Positions 9,932-19,047 of a DNA stretch of 52,901 bases are shown here, piece after piece. The translations under genes were made by a program, and so were the position numbers. The notes under the pieces were generated by a model. It was given only the letters and a program-made list of their open reading frames with translations, was not told the origin of the DNA and made no database searches. Positions within the stretch are counted from its first letter, which is position 1, and each line of letters begins with the position of its first letter. Source of the DNA: Candidatus Kuenenia stuttgartensis (lineage in GTDB: Bacteria > Planctomycetota > UBA11346); NCBI GenBank assembly GCA_945872305.1, contig CAMCAC010000002.1:1-52901 (forward strand), given 5' to 3'.

Positions 9932-10930
9932 TCAATCCGCCAAAAGACTCAGCAAGCGATCCCGCAGCCCAGGCCGAGGCACGGTAGGGGCATGGACGCC
10001 AGGGGCGATCTCTTCCGTAACGGGCACGCCGAGATCCACCACCTGCCATTCCTGGCTGCGCGCGGCGGCTCGCAGGAGCCGTCGGCGAGCCTCGTGGTCC
10101 GGATGCGGTTCGGCCGGCGGGCCAGGGAGCACCAGCACCAGACGCGGCCGGATGCCGAGCGCCTCGCAACGGGACCGCACCGCACCCAACAGACGGTCCT
10201 CCTCGCGCCACGCGCCGGATGCCAGGGACTCGGAACCGACCACCCACAGGATGGTGCGGGGGGCCGGATTGCGTCCGAGTTCGGCCAAGGCGACCAGGGC
10301 GCGGTGGTGCGGGTACGTGGGATGGTCACACGGAACCACCTGTCCCGGCAATCCCCCCACCTCCGCCGCGGGCCCAAGGACCAGGGGGGAGCCGGAGGGG
10401 CGCGGGGAGGAGCCGCCGAGCCAACGGAAAGCCCGGTCTCCGGCACGATCGATACGGCGATCAAGGAGCACCACGGCGGCACCCGAGGCGTCGACCGGAT
10501 GTCCCCGGTCCAGTCCGCTCATCGGCCAGTTTTCCGTGGCAGGGACCACCCGCAACGCCACTGCGTGACCAGCGATGATCCCACGATGGCTGCCTGGACC
10601 AGGTATCGGCAGCAGGCCGCCGATACCCTCCCTGCCGACCGGCAGGGACACCGTGGCGCCCGCCCCGGCCCAGCCGATGACCACATCATCACCGGCCCGG
10701 GGCACCGTCCCCGGGAAGACCGGCTGCAGCCGGTGCAGTCCAGGATCGTGATACCAGACCGTGAAGGCCGCGTGCCGCGCCTCACCGGCGTACGCGATGG
10801 CAGGCCAATGGGTCAGGGCCGGGTCAGGAAGGATGCGGAGCCCCGGTGCCGTCGAGGGCGACGCTTCCCCCGCAACGATGGAAGCGAGGACCGCAACGGC
10901 CAGGATGGCGCATCGACCAGGGTGGTCCAT
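9932..10930 (-). CDS. Secreted hypothetical protein
   Basis: It has an N-terminal signal-like segment (CAILAVAVLASIVAGEA) and normal composition, versus the R/G/P-rich overlapping frames. The C-terminal half has only a weak SGNH-hydrolase flavour (ILWVVGSESLASG). Confidence 0.5.
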   Translation of the reverse strand: MDHPGRCAILAVAVLASIVAGEASPSTAPGLRILPDPALTHWPAIAYAGEARHAAFTVWYHDPGLHRLQPVFPGTVPRAGDDVVIGWAGAGATVSLPVGREGIGGLLPIPGPGSHRGIIAGHAVALRVVPATENWPMSGLDRGHPVDASGAAVVLLDRRIDRAGDRAFRWLGGSSPRPSGSPLVLGPAAEVGGLPGQVVPCDHPTYPHHRALVALAELGRNPAPRTILWVVGSESLASGAWREEDRLLGAVRSRCEALGIRPRLVLVLPGPPAEPHPDHEARRRLLRAAARSQEWQVVDLGVPVTEEIAPGVHAPTVPRPGLRDRLLSLLAD

Positions 10931-10975
10931 GCACGCTGAGCGTTCACCGGAGCCGTCCGTGACAAGGCAAAGCGT

Positions 10976-13648
10976 TCACCCGACCAGGGAATGGGCCCAA
11001 CGGGCAAGTGCCGCGGCCAACTCCGCCTGCCGGACCGGTTTTGCGAGGTGGTCGTCCATCCCGCTGAGCAGGCAGCGGTCGCGGTCCTCATTGCTGGCGT
11101 TCGCGGTCATGGCGATGATCGGCGTGTGCTGACCGGAGCCCGCTTCCATGGCCCGGATCGCTTCGGTGGCCTGATACCCATCCATCTCGGGCATCTGGCA
11201 GTCCATGACCACGATGGCGAATCCGCCACCCGTATGGGCCTCGACCGCCGCACGCCCATCCCCGACCACGACGACGGTGCAACCGAGTTTGGCGAGCATG
11301 GCGGACGCCACTCGCTGGTTCACCGGATTGTCCTCGGCGAGCAGGATGCGTAGGCCAGGTGGCAAGGCGGCCGGCACCCCGCTGACCGGTGTGGAACGGG
11401 CGGCGGGCTCCGCGATCGGCAGAGGAACGCGGACCGTGAAGGTGGTGCCTTGGCCAGCCTGGCTGGCAAGATCGATCCTCCCGCCCATGGCCTCGACCAG
11501 GCGACGGCTGATCGCCAGCCCCAGACCGGTTCCTCCGTATTGGCGGGCGGTCGAGGCGTCCGCCTGGGTGAACGGGGAGAACAGCCGCTCCTGCTGGTCG
11601 GAAGTGATCCCGATCCCGGTATCCGCCACCGCCACAACCATGCCATCGGGGTCATAGGCGAGACGGATCGTGATCGTCCCCTTGCGGGTGAACTTCACCG
11701 CATTGCTGACCAGATTGGTCACCACTTGGCGCAGACGACCAGGATCGCCCCGCAACCATGCCGGCGTGGCGGGATCGATCCCCACGACCAGGGAGACGGC
11801 GCCATCCGCCAGACGACCCCGGAACAGGGTGGCGACATCGGAGACCAGTTGGCGCGCGTCGAAGGGGATCGCCTCCAGCTCCAACCGGCCGGCCTCGATC
11901 TTGGAGAAATCAAGGATATCGTTGAGGATGGCGAGCAGGGACTCGGCGGAACGGTAGACGGTGCGGGCCACTTCGTCCTGCTGGGGCGTGAGGCCCATCC
12001 CAAGCAGAAGCTCGGTCATGCCCAGGACCCCGTTCATCGGGGTGCGGATCTCGTGGCTCATGTTCGCCAGGAAAGAGCTCTTTGCCGCAGTGGCCAGTTC
12101 GGCACGGCTGGCCAGATCGGTGGCAATGGCGGTCTGCCGCTCAAGGTGGCGGTTCAGGGTTGCCAGTTCCACCTCAGCGAGCTTGCGCTGGGTGATGTCC
12201 GTGCTGATGGCGACATGGCGCAGGACCTGTCCGTCGGCCCCGGTGAAGGGTGCGACGATGGTGTCCGACCACCACGTGGTCCCATCCTTGGCCCGGTTGC
12301 ATAGTTCGCCGCGCCAGACCTCCCCGGCCTTGATCGTATCCCAAAATCCGGCCCAGAATGCGGGAGAATGTGTGCCGGAGTCGACCAGGCGGTGGGTGGA
12401 TCCGATGAGCTCACCCCGGGAGTAACCAGATACATGGCAAAAGGAGGCATTCGCATCAATGATGGTCCCGTGGGGATCAGTGACCGTCACCAGGGCATGA
12501 TCATGGATGGTCCTGGTCAGGAACTCCGCCTCACGCAGGGCGGCCTCGGCACGGGTGGTCTGGGCCTCCAGGTCCCGGGTCATCCGCCGGGCATGTTCCA
12601 AGGAACGGGCTTGGCCGGCGACGGCCTGCCAGACCGCCAGGGCGGCGAGGATGGTCAGCAGGGATCCGCCGACGGCTACGGCGATGGGCAGGGATGATTG
12701 GACCGTGGCCAGGAATCCTGGTTTGGCGCGGATCTGGACTGCCAGGGTCCGGTCCGCCAGGCTCACCGAAAGGATGCGCTGGTACGGGCCCGGAGGATGA
12801 CGCTCCGCATCCATGGCGCCGGTCGCCAGGTCGCTGGCGTGGTCCGCGTCGAAGATGACCGGATCAGTCACCGAGGGACCATCATGGAGCAGAAGATCCG
12901 CCTGCCCATCGAGGCTCAGCTCGATGTCTGCCAGCAGTTCGCCCACCACGATCGGCGCATAGACGAGGCACTCCAGGTCCCGCCGCCGCTCCTCCGCGGT
13001 CGCGGGGCGGGTGCTGTTCACATAGACCGGCAGCAGGACAAGGAATCCGGGGCCCTGGCGACCGTCCTGGACCAGCACCACGCTGCGGGTCAGGGCGGGA
13101 TCCCCGGTGGCCACCGCCGCTTCGGCGGCGGCCCGCCGGCGGGCTTCGGAGCCGATGTCGAATCCCACCGCGGCCAGGTTGCGCCCGACCGGCTCGATGA
13201 CGGTGATGACGAAGCAGTCGCCGGCATCCCCCGAGGTGCGCACCGCGAAGCCGGGTGCGCCATCGGCCTGCTCCCGGGCGATCAGGTCCGCGAGACCCGC
13301 CCGCTCCACGCGGCGGATGATCCCGAAGCCGCGCACCCCCGGGAACTCGCTGGCCAGATCCCGGGCCGCCACGAAGGCGGCGAACTCTGTGCGTGTCACC
13401 CGCTCGCTGGCGGCAAAGATGCCTTTGGCTCCACGCAGGCCGTAGATGGGGCGGTTGAGGCGAGCGCCCACATCCGCCACGGCCCGTTCCGCCAGGCGGT
13501 CGAAGCGGACCTGGGCCTCCGACTGATGCGTCCGCCAGACCCGCCAGCCGAGCAGTCCGCTCCCGGCCACGCCCATCATGGCCAGGATCAGGATCAGCCA
13601 GCCCAAGGGCATGGTCCGCCGGTAGGCCATCTGCGTCCGCGATCCCAT
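10976..13648 (-). CDS. Hybrid sensor histidine kinase (TM - CHASE - TM - PAS - HisKA - HATPase - REC)
   Basis: CHASE-like periplasmic region (RFDRLAERAVADVGARLNRPIYGLRGAKGIFAAS...VITVIEPVGRNLAAVGFDIGSE), PAS domain, H-box [17 protein letters not shown]-box GGTGLGLAISRRL, and a receiver with [11 protein letters not shown]...[12 protein letters not shown]...LAKP. The start is uncertain: an ATG at 13648 preceded by GGGAGG, or the tracked TTG at 13705. Confidence 0.85.
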   Translation of the reverse strand: MGSRTQMAYRRTMPLGWLILILAMMGVAGSGLLGWRVWRTHQSEAQVRFDRLAERAVADVGARLNRPIYGLRGAKGIFAASERVTRTEFAAFVAARDLASEFPGVRGFGIIRRVERAGLADLIAREQADGAPGFAVRTSGDAGDCFVITVIEPVGRNLAAVGFDIGSEARRRAAAEAAVATGDPALTRSVVLVQDGRQGPGFLVLLPVYVNSTRPATAEERRRDLECLVYAPIVVGELLADIELSLDGQADLLLHDGPSVTDPVIFDADHASDLATGAMDAERHPPGPYQRILSVSLADRTLAVQIRAKPGFLATVQSSLPIAVAVGGSLLTILAALAVWQAVAGQARSLEHARRMTRDLEAQTTRAEAALREAEFLTRTIHDHALVTVTDPHGTIIDANASFCHVSGYSRGELIGSTHRLVDSGTHSPAFWAGFWDTIKAGEVWRGELCNRAKDGTTWWSDTIVAPFTGADGQVLRHVAISTDITQRKLAEVELATLNRHLERQTAIATDLASRAELATAAKSSFLANMSHEIRTPMNGVLGMTELLLGMGLTPQQDEVARTVYRSAESLLAILNDILDFSKIEAGRLELEAIPFDARQLVSDVATLFRGRLADGAVSLVVGIDPATPAWLRGDPGRLRQVVTNLVSNAVKFTRKGTITIRLAYDPDGMVVAVADTGIGITSDQQERLFSPFTQADASTARQYGGTGLGLAISRRLVEAMGGRIDLASQAGQGTTFTVRVPLPIAEPAARSTPVSGVPAALPPGLRILLAEDNPVNQRVASAMLAKLGCTVVVVGDGRAAVEAHTGGGFAIVVMDCQMPEMDGYQATEAIRAMEAGSGQHTPIIAMTANASNEDRDRCLLSGMDDHLAKPVRQAELAAALARWAHSLVG

Positions 13649-13775
13649 GGGCCTCCCGAGCGCGCCTGCTGCACCAGCATACACTTGGACACAAAGGATC
13701 GTCAAGATCCGGAATCAGGCGGCGGTTGCGCAGACTGGCACCGGTGCGCGGGCGGATCGTGGGGTATGATAGGGC

Positions 13776-16331
13776 GTGAGCAGCGATCGACCTGTCATAC
13801 CCGGCTTCACGGTGCAGGGCCTGCTCGGCCAAGGCGGCATGGCCACGGTGTGGCGGGCCGAGCAGGAGGGCCTGGGCCGCCAGGTCGCCCTCAAGGTGGT
13901 CCTGCCGGAGTACTGCGCCCATCCGGAATTCCGCGCCCGCTTCCTGCGCGAGGCCCAGGCCTGCGCCAAGGTCAACCATCCACATGTGGTCGGCTGCTTC
14001 GCGGCCGGCGAACACCAGGGTCGGCTGTACATGGCGCTGGAGCTCCTGCCGGGCGGCGACCTGATGCGCCTCCTGGTTCGGCGCGGCGGCCAGCTCAACG
14101 AAGCCGCGACCCTGACCATCGCCCGCGACTGCCTGGCGGGACTCGAGGCGATCGAGGCGGCCGGGCTCATCCACCGCGATCTCAAGCCCGCCAACATCTT
14201 CCTGACGGCGGACAACCGGGCCAAGATCGCCGACCTCGGCCTGGCACGCCAGACCGCCGGCGATGCCGCCCTGACCATGGCCGGATTGATCGTCGGCACC
14301 CCGTCGTACATGCCCCCGGAACAGGCCCGGGGCGAGGCGGATCTGGACATCCGTTCAGATCTCTACGCCCTCGGCGCGACCCTGTTCCACCTGATCACCG
14401 GCCGGGCGCCGTACCAGGGCCCGGATCCGGTATCGATCCTGGTCAAGGTCGTCTCGGACCCGGTTCCGGACCCGCGCGACTGCGGTGCCGAGGCCAGTCC
14501 AGGCTTCACCCGCTTCCTCCAGATCCTGACCGCCAAGGAACGGGATCGGCGGTTCGCCTGCGTCGCGGATGCCCGCGCTGCGCTTGAAAAACTGCTCACC
14601 AGCATGCCGGCCCAGCCGGCCATGACGCCGGCTCCGACCCCGGCCACCCGACCGACGGAAGCGGTCGTCCGCCGGCCGATCACCCCTGTAGCCACTCCGG
14701 CGCTCGACCCGGTCCAGCTTGAGCGGCTGGTGCGGCGGGTCGTGGTCGACCAGGGCGGCTGCCGGGCCTGCCTGATCCTGGCTCCGGGCGCGAGCTTCCC
14801 GCGGGTGGTCCTGCGCGAGGTCCTGAAGGCGGCCGGCATCGCCTACGGCGTGATCCCTGCGGCGGAACTCGAGGCGACCCGCCCCAGCCAGCAGCCCCGG
14901 CGGCTGATCATCGCCCGTGGCGATCCACCGGCTCCGGGCATATCCGGCCGTTCGGTGTTCGGCCTGCCGCTCGATCCGGATGCCGCGGCCATCCAGATCC
15001 GGGTCGCCGAGGACGGGATGTCCGCAGCCGCGTTGGTCCGGCCGGGGGAACTCGTGCCCAGGCCCGAGCTGGAGCGTGAGATCCGACGCAGCGGTGTGCG
15101 TTTCGGAATCGAGGCCGACGCGCTGCGCCGCCTGGTCGAAGGACCTGCGGATCCGACCGGCAGGGTGGTGATCGCCAGAGGCCGAGCGGTCGATTCCGGA
15201 CAACCGGCCAGATGGACGCTCGTCGGGGGACCGGCGGCGAGCGGACTGCCCCGTCCGGTGGAGCCGGGGCAGATCGTAGCCACCTGGGATGAAGCCCGCA
15301 CCGGACGGGAAGGGATGGATGTGCAAGGCAATCCCATCGCGACCTCGGCGCCGCTTGCGGGGACCCCCGACACCCTGACCGGCGAGGGCGTGGAGCCCGG
15401 TCGTGACCGCGACGGACGCCTGTGCCTTCGCGCTTCCCGGCCCGGATCGGTGCAACGGCAGGCGGACGGGACGGTCCGGGTGGTCGAGGTGCGGACCATC
15501 CGCCATGATCTGACCGCTGCCGACGAGCCGATCACCGGCGACTCCGTGGTGGTGATCGAGGGCTCGGTGCTGGCCGGAGCCCGCATCTGCACGACCAACG
15601 ACATCATCATCACCGGTGACATCGCGGATGCGCACATCGAGACCGGGGGCATGCTCCAGGTCAGCGGGGCCATCATCCCCGGCGAGCGTCCGCTCGTCGC
15701 CGCGGCGGGCATCGAAGCCGGATCCCTGGAGGGCCGCCAGGTCATCGCCGGCTGCGTGCGCATCCGAGGCACCATGACCGGCGGTGAGATCATCGCCAAC
15801 GGGGCGATCGAGGTCGAACGCATCGTCGGCGGGCGGCTTGTCGCCTCCGGGACGGTGACCGTGGGAAGCGCCGGCGATCGCGATGGGACCACCACGGAAC
15901 TCTGGGCTGGACGCAGCCTTGCCCTCGCGGAGCAGGCGCGCTTGGCGAAACTGACCGATTCCCGACTGGAGTCGGACCGCCTGCGCGTGGTGGCCGAGCT
16001 CCAGAGCCTGGGACTGGAGGCGGATCATGAGGCCCGCCGCCAGCTCCGACTGGCCGCCGGCACGACCAAGCCCGAGGAGATGCAGCGGCTTGAAGAGCGT
16101 CTACGGCGGCTCAAGGACCAACAGGAGCGGGCCCGCCGCCTCGAAGAGAACGCGCGTCGGAAGCTGTCCGCCGTGCGCACCGACAGCGACCGGCTGGAAC
16201 GGGCCTCGGTGAAGATGGACACCGCCGTCATGGTGAGCGGAGCGGCCCACGCAGGGGTGGTCGCCAGACTCGGCGACGCCGAGGCGGTCGTTCTCGATAC
16301 GACCCGCCCGGGCTATCGGCTGGGCGCCTGA
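13776..16331 (+). CDS. Ser/Thr protein kinase fused to a FapA/DUF342 domain
   Basis: Hanks kinase motifs are present: GQGGMATVW, VALKVV, HRDLKPANIF, DLGLAR, GTPSYMPPEQ. After a Pro-rich linker come FapA_N-like modules (CRACLILAPG...AGIAYGVIP; IRVAEDGMSAAALV) and a beta-helix (IITGDIADAHIETGGMLQVSGAI...GGRLVASGTVTVGSAG). A coiled coil and the characteristic C-terminal tail finish the protein. GTG start. Confidence 0.8.
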   Translation: MSSDRPVIPGFTVQGLLGQGGMATVWRAEQEGLGRQVALKVVLPEYCAHPEFRARFLREAQACAKVNHPHVVGCFAAGEHQGRLYMALELLPGGDLMRLLVRRGGQLNEAATLTIARDCLAGLEAIEAAGLIHRDLKPANIFLTADNRAKIADLGLARQTAGDAALTMAGLIVGTPSYMPPEQARGEADLDIRSDLYALGATLFHLITGRAPYQGPDPVSILVKVVSDPVPDPRDCGAEASPGFTRFLQILTAKERDRRFACVADARAALEKLLTSMPAQPAMTPAPTPATRPTEAVVRRPITPVATPALDPVQLERLVRRVVVDQGGCRACLILAPGASFPRVVLREVLKAAGIAYGVIPAAELEATRPSQQPRRLIIARGDPPAPGISGRSVFGLPLDPDAAAIQIRVAEDGMSAAALVRPGELVPRPELEREIRRSGVRFGIEADALRRLVEGPADPTGRVVIARGRAVDSGQPARWTLVGGPAASGLPRPVEPGQIVATWDEARTGREGMDVQGNPIATSAPLAGTPDTLTGEGVEPGRDRDGRLCLRASRPGSVQRQADGTVRVVEVRTIRHDLTAADEPITGDSVVVIEGSVLAGARICTTNDIIITGDIADAHIETGGMLQVSGAIIPGERPLVAAAGIEAGSLEGRQVIAGCVRIRGTMTGGEIIANGAIEVERIVGGRLVASGTVTVGSAGDRDGTTTELWAGRSLALAEQARLAKLTDSRLESDRLRVVAELQSLGLEADHEARRQLRLAAGTTKPEEMQRLEERLRRLKDQQERARRLEENARRKLSAVRTDSDRLERASVKMDTAVMVSGAAHAGVVARLGDAEAVVLDTTRPGYRLGA

Positions 16332-16348
16332 TCCGCGCAGCGGATCAG
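16328..16348. terminator. Perfect hairpin spanning both convergent stop codons (kinase::FapA and cheW)
   Basis: CTGATCCGC-gca-GCGGATCAG is a 9-bp perfect stem with a 3-nt loop. It contains the + strand TGA (16329-16331) and the - strand stop (16345-16347). There is no U-tract. Confidence 0.45.
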
Positions 16349-16764
16349 GCCGCCGGGTCGACTGCGCGCTCGGGATCGAGCAGCAGGAGAAGATGGCCGG
16401 TCAGCTTCGAGACCCCTTTGAGGAAGGGGCGGACCTGGTCCGAGACGGTGTCCGGCGTCGCCTCGAAATCCGCATCCGGAAGATCGAGCACATCACCGAT
16501 CTCGTCCACGACGAGACTGACGACACCGGTGGCGGTACGCACGACCACATTCACGGACGACGCACCCTCCGCGCGCTCCGGCAACAGCAGTCGCCGGCGC
16601 AGGTCGATCGCGGTCACGATCTGACCACGCAGGTTGATCAGGCCCTCCACCGCAGCCTCGGCCAAAGGGACCGGAGTGGTCGGCTGGCGACGCAGGATCT
16701 CCTGGACGTGGGCAACGGCGATGCCGTACAGGCGCCCGTCGAGACGGAACGTGCAGGTCTGCAT
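16345..16764 (-). CDS. cheW: Chemotaxis coupling protein CheW
   Basis: 139 aa, and FRLDGRLYGIAVAHVQEILR...INLRGQIVTAIDLRRRL is a classic CheW fold sequence. Its start lies 1 nt after the cheA stop. Confidence 0.9.
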   Translation of the reverse strand: MQTCTFRLDGRLYGIAVAHVQEILRRQPTTPVPLAEAAVEGLINLRGQIVTAIDLRRRLLLPERAEGASSVNVVVRTATGVVSLVVDEIGDVLDLPDADFEATPDTVSDQVRPFLKGVSKLTGHLLLLLDPERAVDPAA

Positions 16765-16765
16765 G

Positions 16766-18982
16766 TCAGGCCTCCGCCAGCGCCGGAAGCGCGGCTTTCA
16801 CGACGTGATCGATGGTGAGCAGCTCGGTGACCTTGCCGCGCACGACCAGGCAGCCGGCGATGCCGGGCCGGGTGGCCGGGCGCAACGCGGTGATGTCCTC
16901 CTCGACCGTGTCGAGGATCTCACCGACGACCAGGCCGATCATCTGGTCCCCGTGCGCATGCACCACGACCGGCAGCGTCCCGGGTTTCACGCCCGCATCC
17001 GGATTGCGGGGGTTCTTCCGCCGCTCAGCCAGGACCCTGAACACCCGCACGAGCGGCATGATGCCACCGCGGTACTGGATGACCTCCTGGTTGCCCATGC
17101 GCTCGATCTGGTCCTCGCGCAACTCCTCCAGGCGGTTGACCGCCGCCAGGGTGACCGCCATGCGGCCGTCGTCCGGACTCCTGAAGACGAGCAACGGGGT
17201 GAGGACCGGACCGGAGCCGCCCGCGGAGCCGGAGCCCGCATCCTTGCGCGAAGCGACCTTGGCCCGCTTGGCCAGACCGACCGGGTCGATGATCAGGGCG
17301 ACCCTGCCATCCCCCATGATCGTCGCCCCCGAGAACACCTCGATGCCATCGAGCTGGCGACCCAGCGGCTTGACCACGATCTCCTGGGTATCCTGGACCC
17401 CATCGACGATGAGGCCGTATTGCCGGTGGTCGGCCTGCAGGATCACCACCCGGACCGGACCACCGCCGGGCGGCGGCGTCAGGCGCAGCTCCCCGGCAAG
17501 GTCGACCAACGGCAGGAGCTGGCCGCGCAGGCGCAGGACCCGGGCATCGTAGACGCTCTCGATCTGGGTCGCCACCTTGTCCGCCGGCACGCTGACCAGT
17601 TCGAGCAGGGATACCTGGGGGATCGCGAAGCGCTGACCGGCGCAGGTGACGATGAGGGCGGGGATGATGGCGAGGGTCAAGGGGATCTTGACCATGATGG
17701 TCGCGCCATGGCCCGGCCGGCTGGCCACGTCGACGGTCCCACCGATGCGCTCGATGTTGGTCCGGACCACATCCATGCCCACGCCACGGCCGCTGATGCT
17801 GGTCACCTGTTCCGCCGTGGAGAACCCTGGGGCGAAGATCAGGGTGACGGCCTCGCGGTCGCTCATCTTCGCTGCCTGCTCGGCGCTGATGACCCCCTTT
17901 TCGACCGCCTTGGCCTTGACCCGGCCCGGGTCGATGCCGCGGCCATCATCGTCGATCTCCACCACCACCTGGCCGCCATCATGGCGGGCGCGCAGGGTGA
18001 TCCGGCCTTCAGCGGGCTTCCCGGCGGCCACCCGCTGATCCGGCATCTCGACGCCATGGTCAACGGAATTCCGCACCATGTGGGTGAGAGGGTCCTTGAT
18101 CGCCTCGATGATCGTCTTGTCGAGCTCCGTCTCAGCCCCCTGCATCTCGACGCGGATCTGCTTGCCGAGCGATTTGCTGAGATCGCGCACGATGCGCGGG
18201 AGCTTCTGCCACACCGCACCGATCGGTTGGAGGCGGGTCTTCATCACCCCCTCCTGCAACTCGGTGGTCAGCTGGTCGAGGCGGGTCGCGGCATTGCTCA
18301 ATCCCGCGTGGCGGATGCCTCCCGATTCCTGGAGGATGCGGTTGCGGGCCAGAACCAGTTCGCCGACGAGGTTCATGACCCGGTCGAGAAGCCGCACGTC
18401 GACCCGAAGGGTGCTGTCGGCAATGGAACTGCCCTCACCCGACCGGGCCGGTTCGCCCTCAGGCGGATGCGGGGGGTGGGCCTCGACGGGCGAGGCGACC
18501 ACTCGGGGTGCTGGAGCGGGTGCGGAATCGGCAACGGGGACGGGCACCGTCACCGGCTCCGGGGTTGCGACGGGTGCCGCTGCCGGCGCGTGATGGGAAC
18601 CGGTGGCGAGGGCGTGCAATGCCTCGATCAGCGGTTGATCATCACCAACGTTCTCGGCACCGCCGTGCTCAATGTCGGAGAGCAGGGATCGGACGCGATC
18701 GCCCATCGCCAAGAGGGCGGTGGACATGTCTCCATCCAGGACCAAGGCTCCGTCACGCAATTTGGAAAGCAGGTTCTCCCCCGCATGGCACACGGCCTGG
18801 AGCCGTGAGAACCCGAAGAAGCCGCTGGTCCCCTTGATGGTGTGAATGGCGCGGAATACGCCGGCCAGGAGTTCCTTGTCCCCTGGTCGATCCTCCATCG
18901 CCATGAAATCGCGGTCCAGCCGGTCAAGGTTCTCGTGGCTCTCCACGAGAAAGTCTTTCACGAGGTCGTCGAGGTCACCCAT
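16766..18982 (-). CDS. cheA: Chemotaxis histidine kinase CheA with two C-terminal CheW-like domains and no receiver
   Basis: Hpt His box AIHTIKGTSG, N box HMVRNSVDHG, G1 DDGRGID, F box FAPGFST, G2 GRGVGMD. These are followed by P5 (VVILQADHRQYGLIVDGVQDTQEIVVKPL) and a second CheW-like region (LLVFRSPDDGRMAVTLAAVNRLEEL...MIGLVVGEILDTVE). Confidence 0.9.
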   Translation of the reverse strand: MGDLDDLVKDFLVESHENLDRLDRDFMAMEDRPGDKELLAGVFRAIHTIKGTSGFFGFSRLQAVCHAGENLLSKLRDGALVLDGDMSTALLAMGDRVRSLLSDIEHGGAENVGDDQPLIEALHALATGSHHAPAAAPVATPEPVTVPVPVADSAPAPAPRVVASPVEAHPPHPPEGEPARSGEGSSIADSTLRVDVRLLDRVMNLVGELVLARNRILQESGGIRHAGLSNAATRLDQLTTELQEGVMKTRLQPIGAVWQKLPRIVRDLSKSLGKQIRVEMQGAETELDKTIIEAIKDPLTHMVRNSVDHGVEMPDQRVAAGKPAEGRITLRARHDGGQVVVEIDDDGRGIDPGRVKAKAVEKGVISAEQAAKMSDREAVTLIFAPGFSTAEQVTSISGRGVGMDVVRTNIERIGGTVDVASRPGHGATIMVKIPLTLAIIPALIVTCAGQRFAIPQVSLLELVSVPADKVATQIESVYDARVLRLRGQLLPLVDLAGELRLTPPPGGGPVRVVILQADHRQYGLIVDGVQDTQEIVVKPLGRQLDGIEVFSGATIMGDGRVALIIDPVGLAKRAKVASRKDAGSGSAGGSGPVLTPLLVFRSPDDGRMAVTLAAVNRLEELREDQIERMGNQEVIQYRGGIMPLVRVFRVLAERRKNPRNPDAGVKPGTLPVVVHAHGDQMIGLVVGEILDTVEEDITALRPATRPGIAGCLVVRGKVTELLTIDHVVKAALPALAEA

Positions 18983-19047
18983 GGGGAAGTGAACACCCGA
19001 TCCAGCTCCTCGTCAACCGGGTCCAGGCCGGTGTGGGGGGATGGCGT

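Noticed and set aside
13706-13775. TATGAT box at 13765-13770, only 5 nt before the kinase::FapA GTG start, as evidence for a leaderless transcript
   Set aside because: A single hexamer match in a 70-bp divergent region is not enough, no -35 partner is evident, and the true start codon is itself uncertain.
12698-14587. 629-aa + strand ORF (and similar shadows at 14355-16028 -, 16634-18808 +, 28768-30945 +, 40516-42201 -, 40820-42499 -, 43480-45282 -, 45286-46866 -)
   Set aside because: Each overlaps a gene with clear family motifs on the other strand or frame. All have extreme R/G/P/H/A bias and no recognisable domains.
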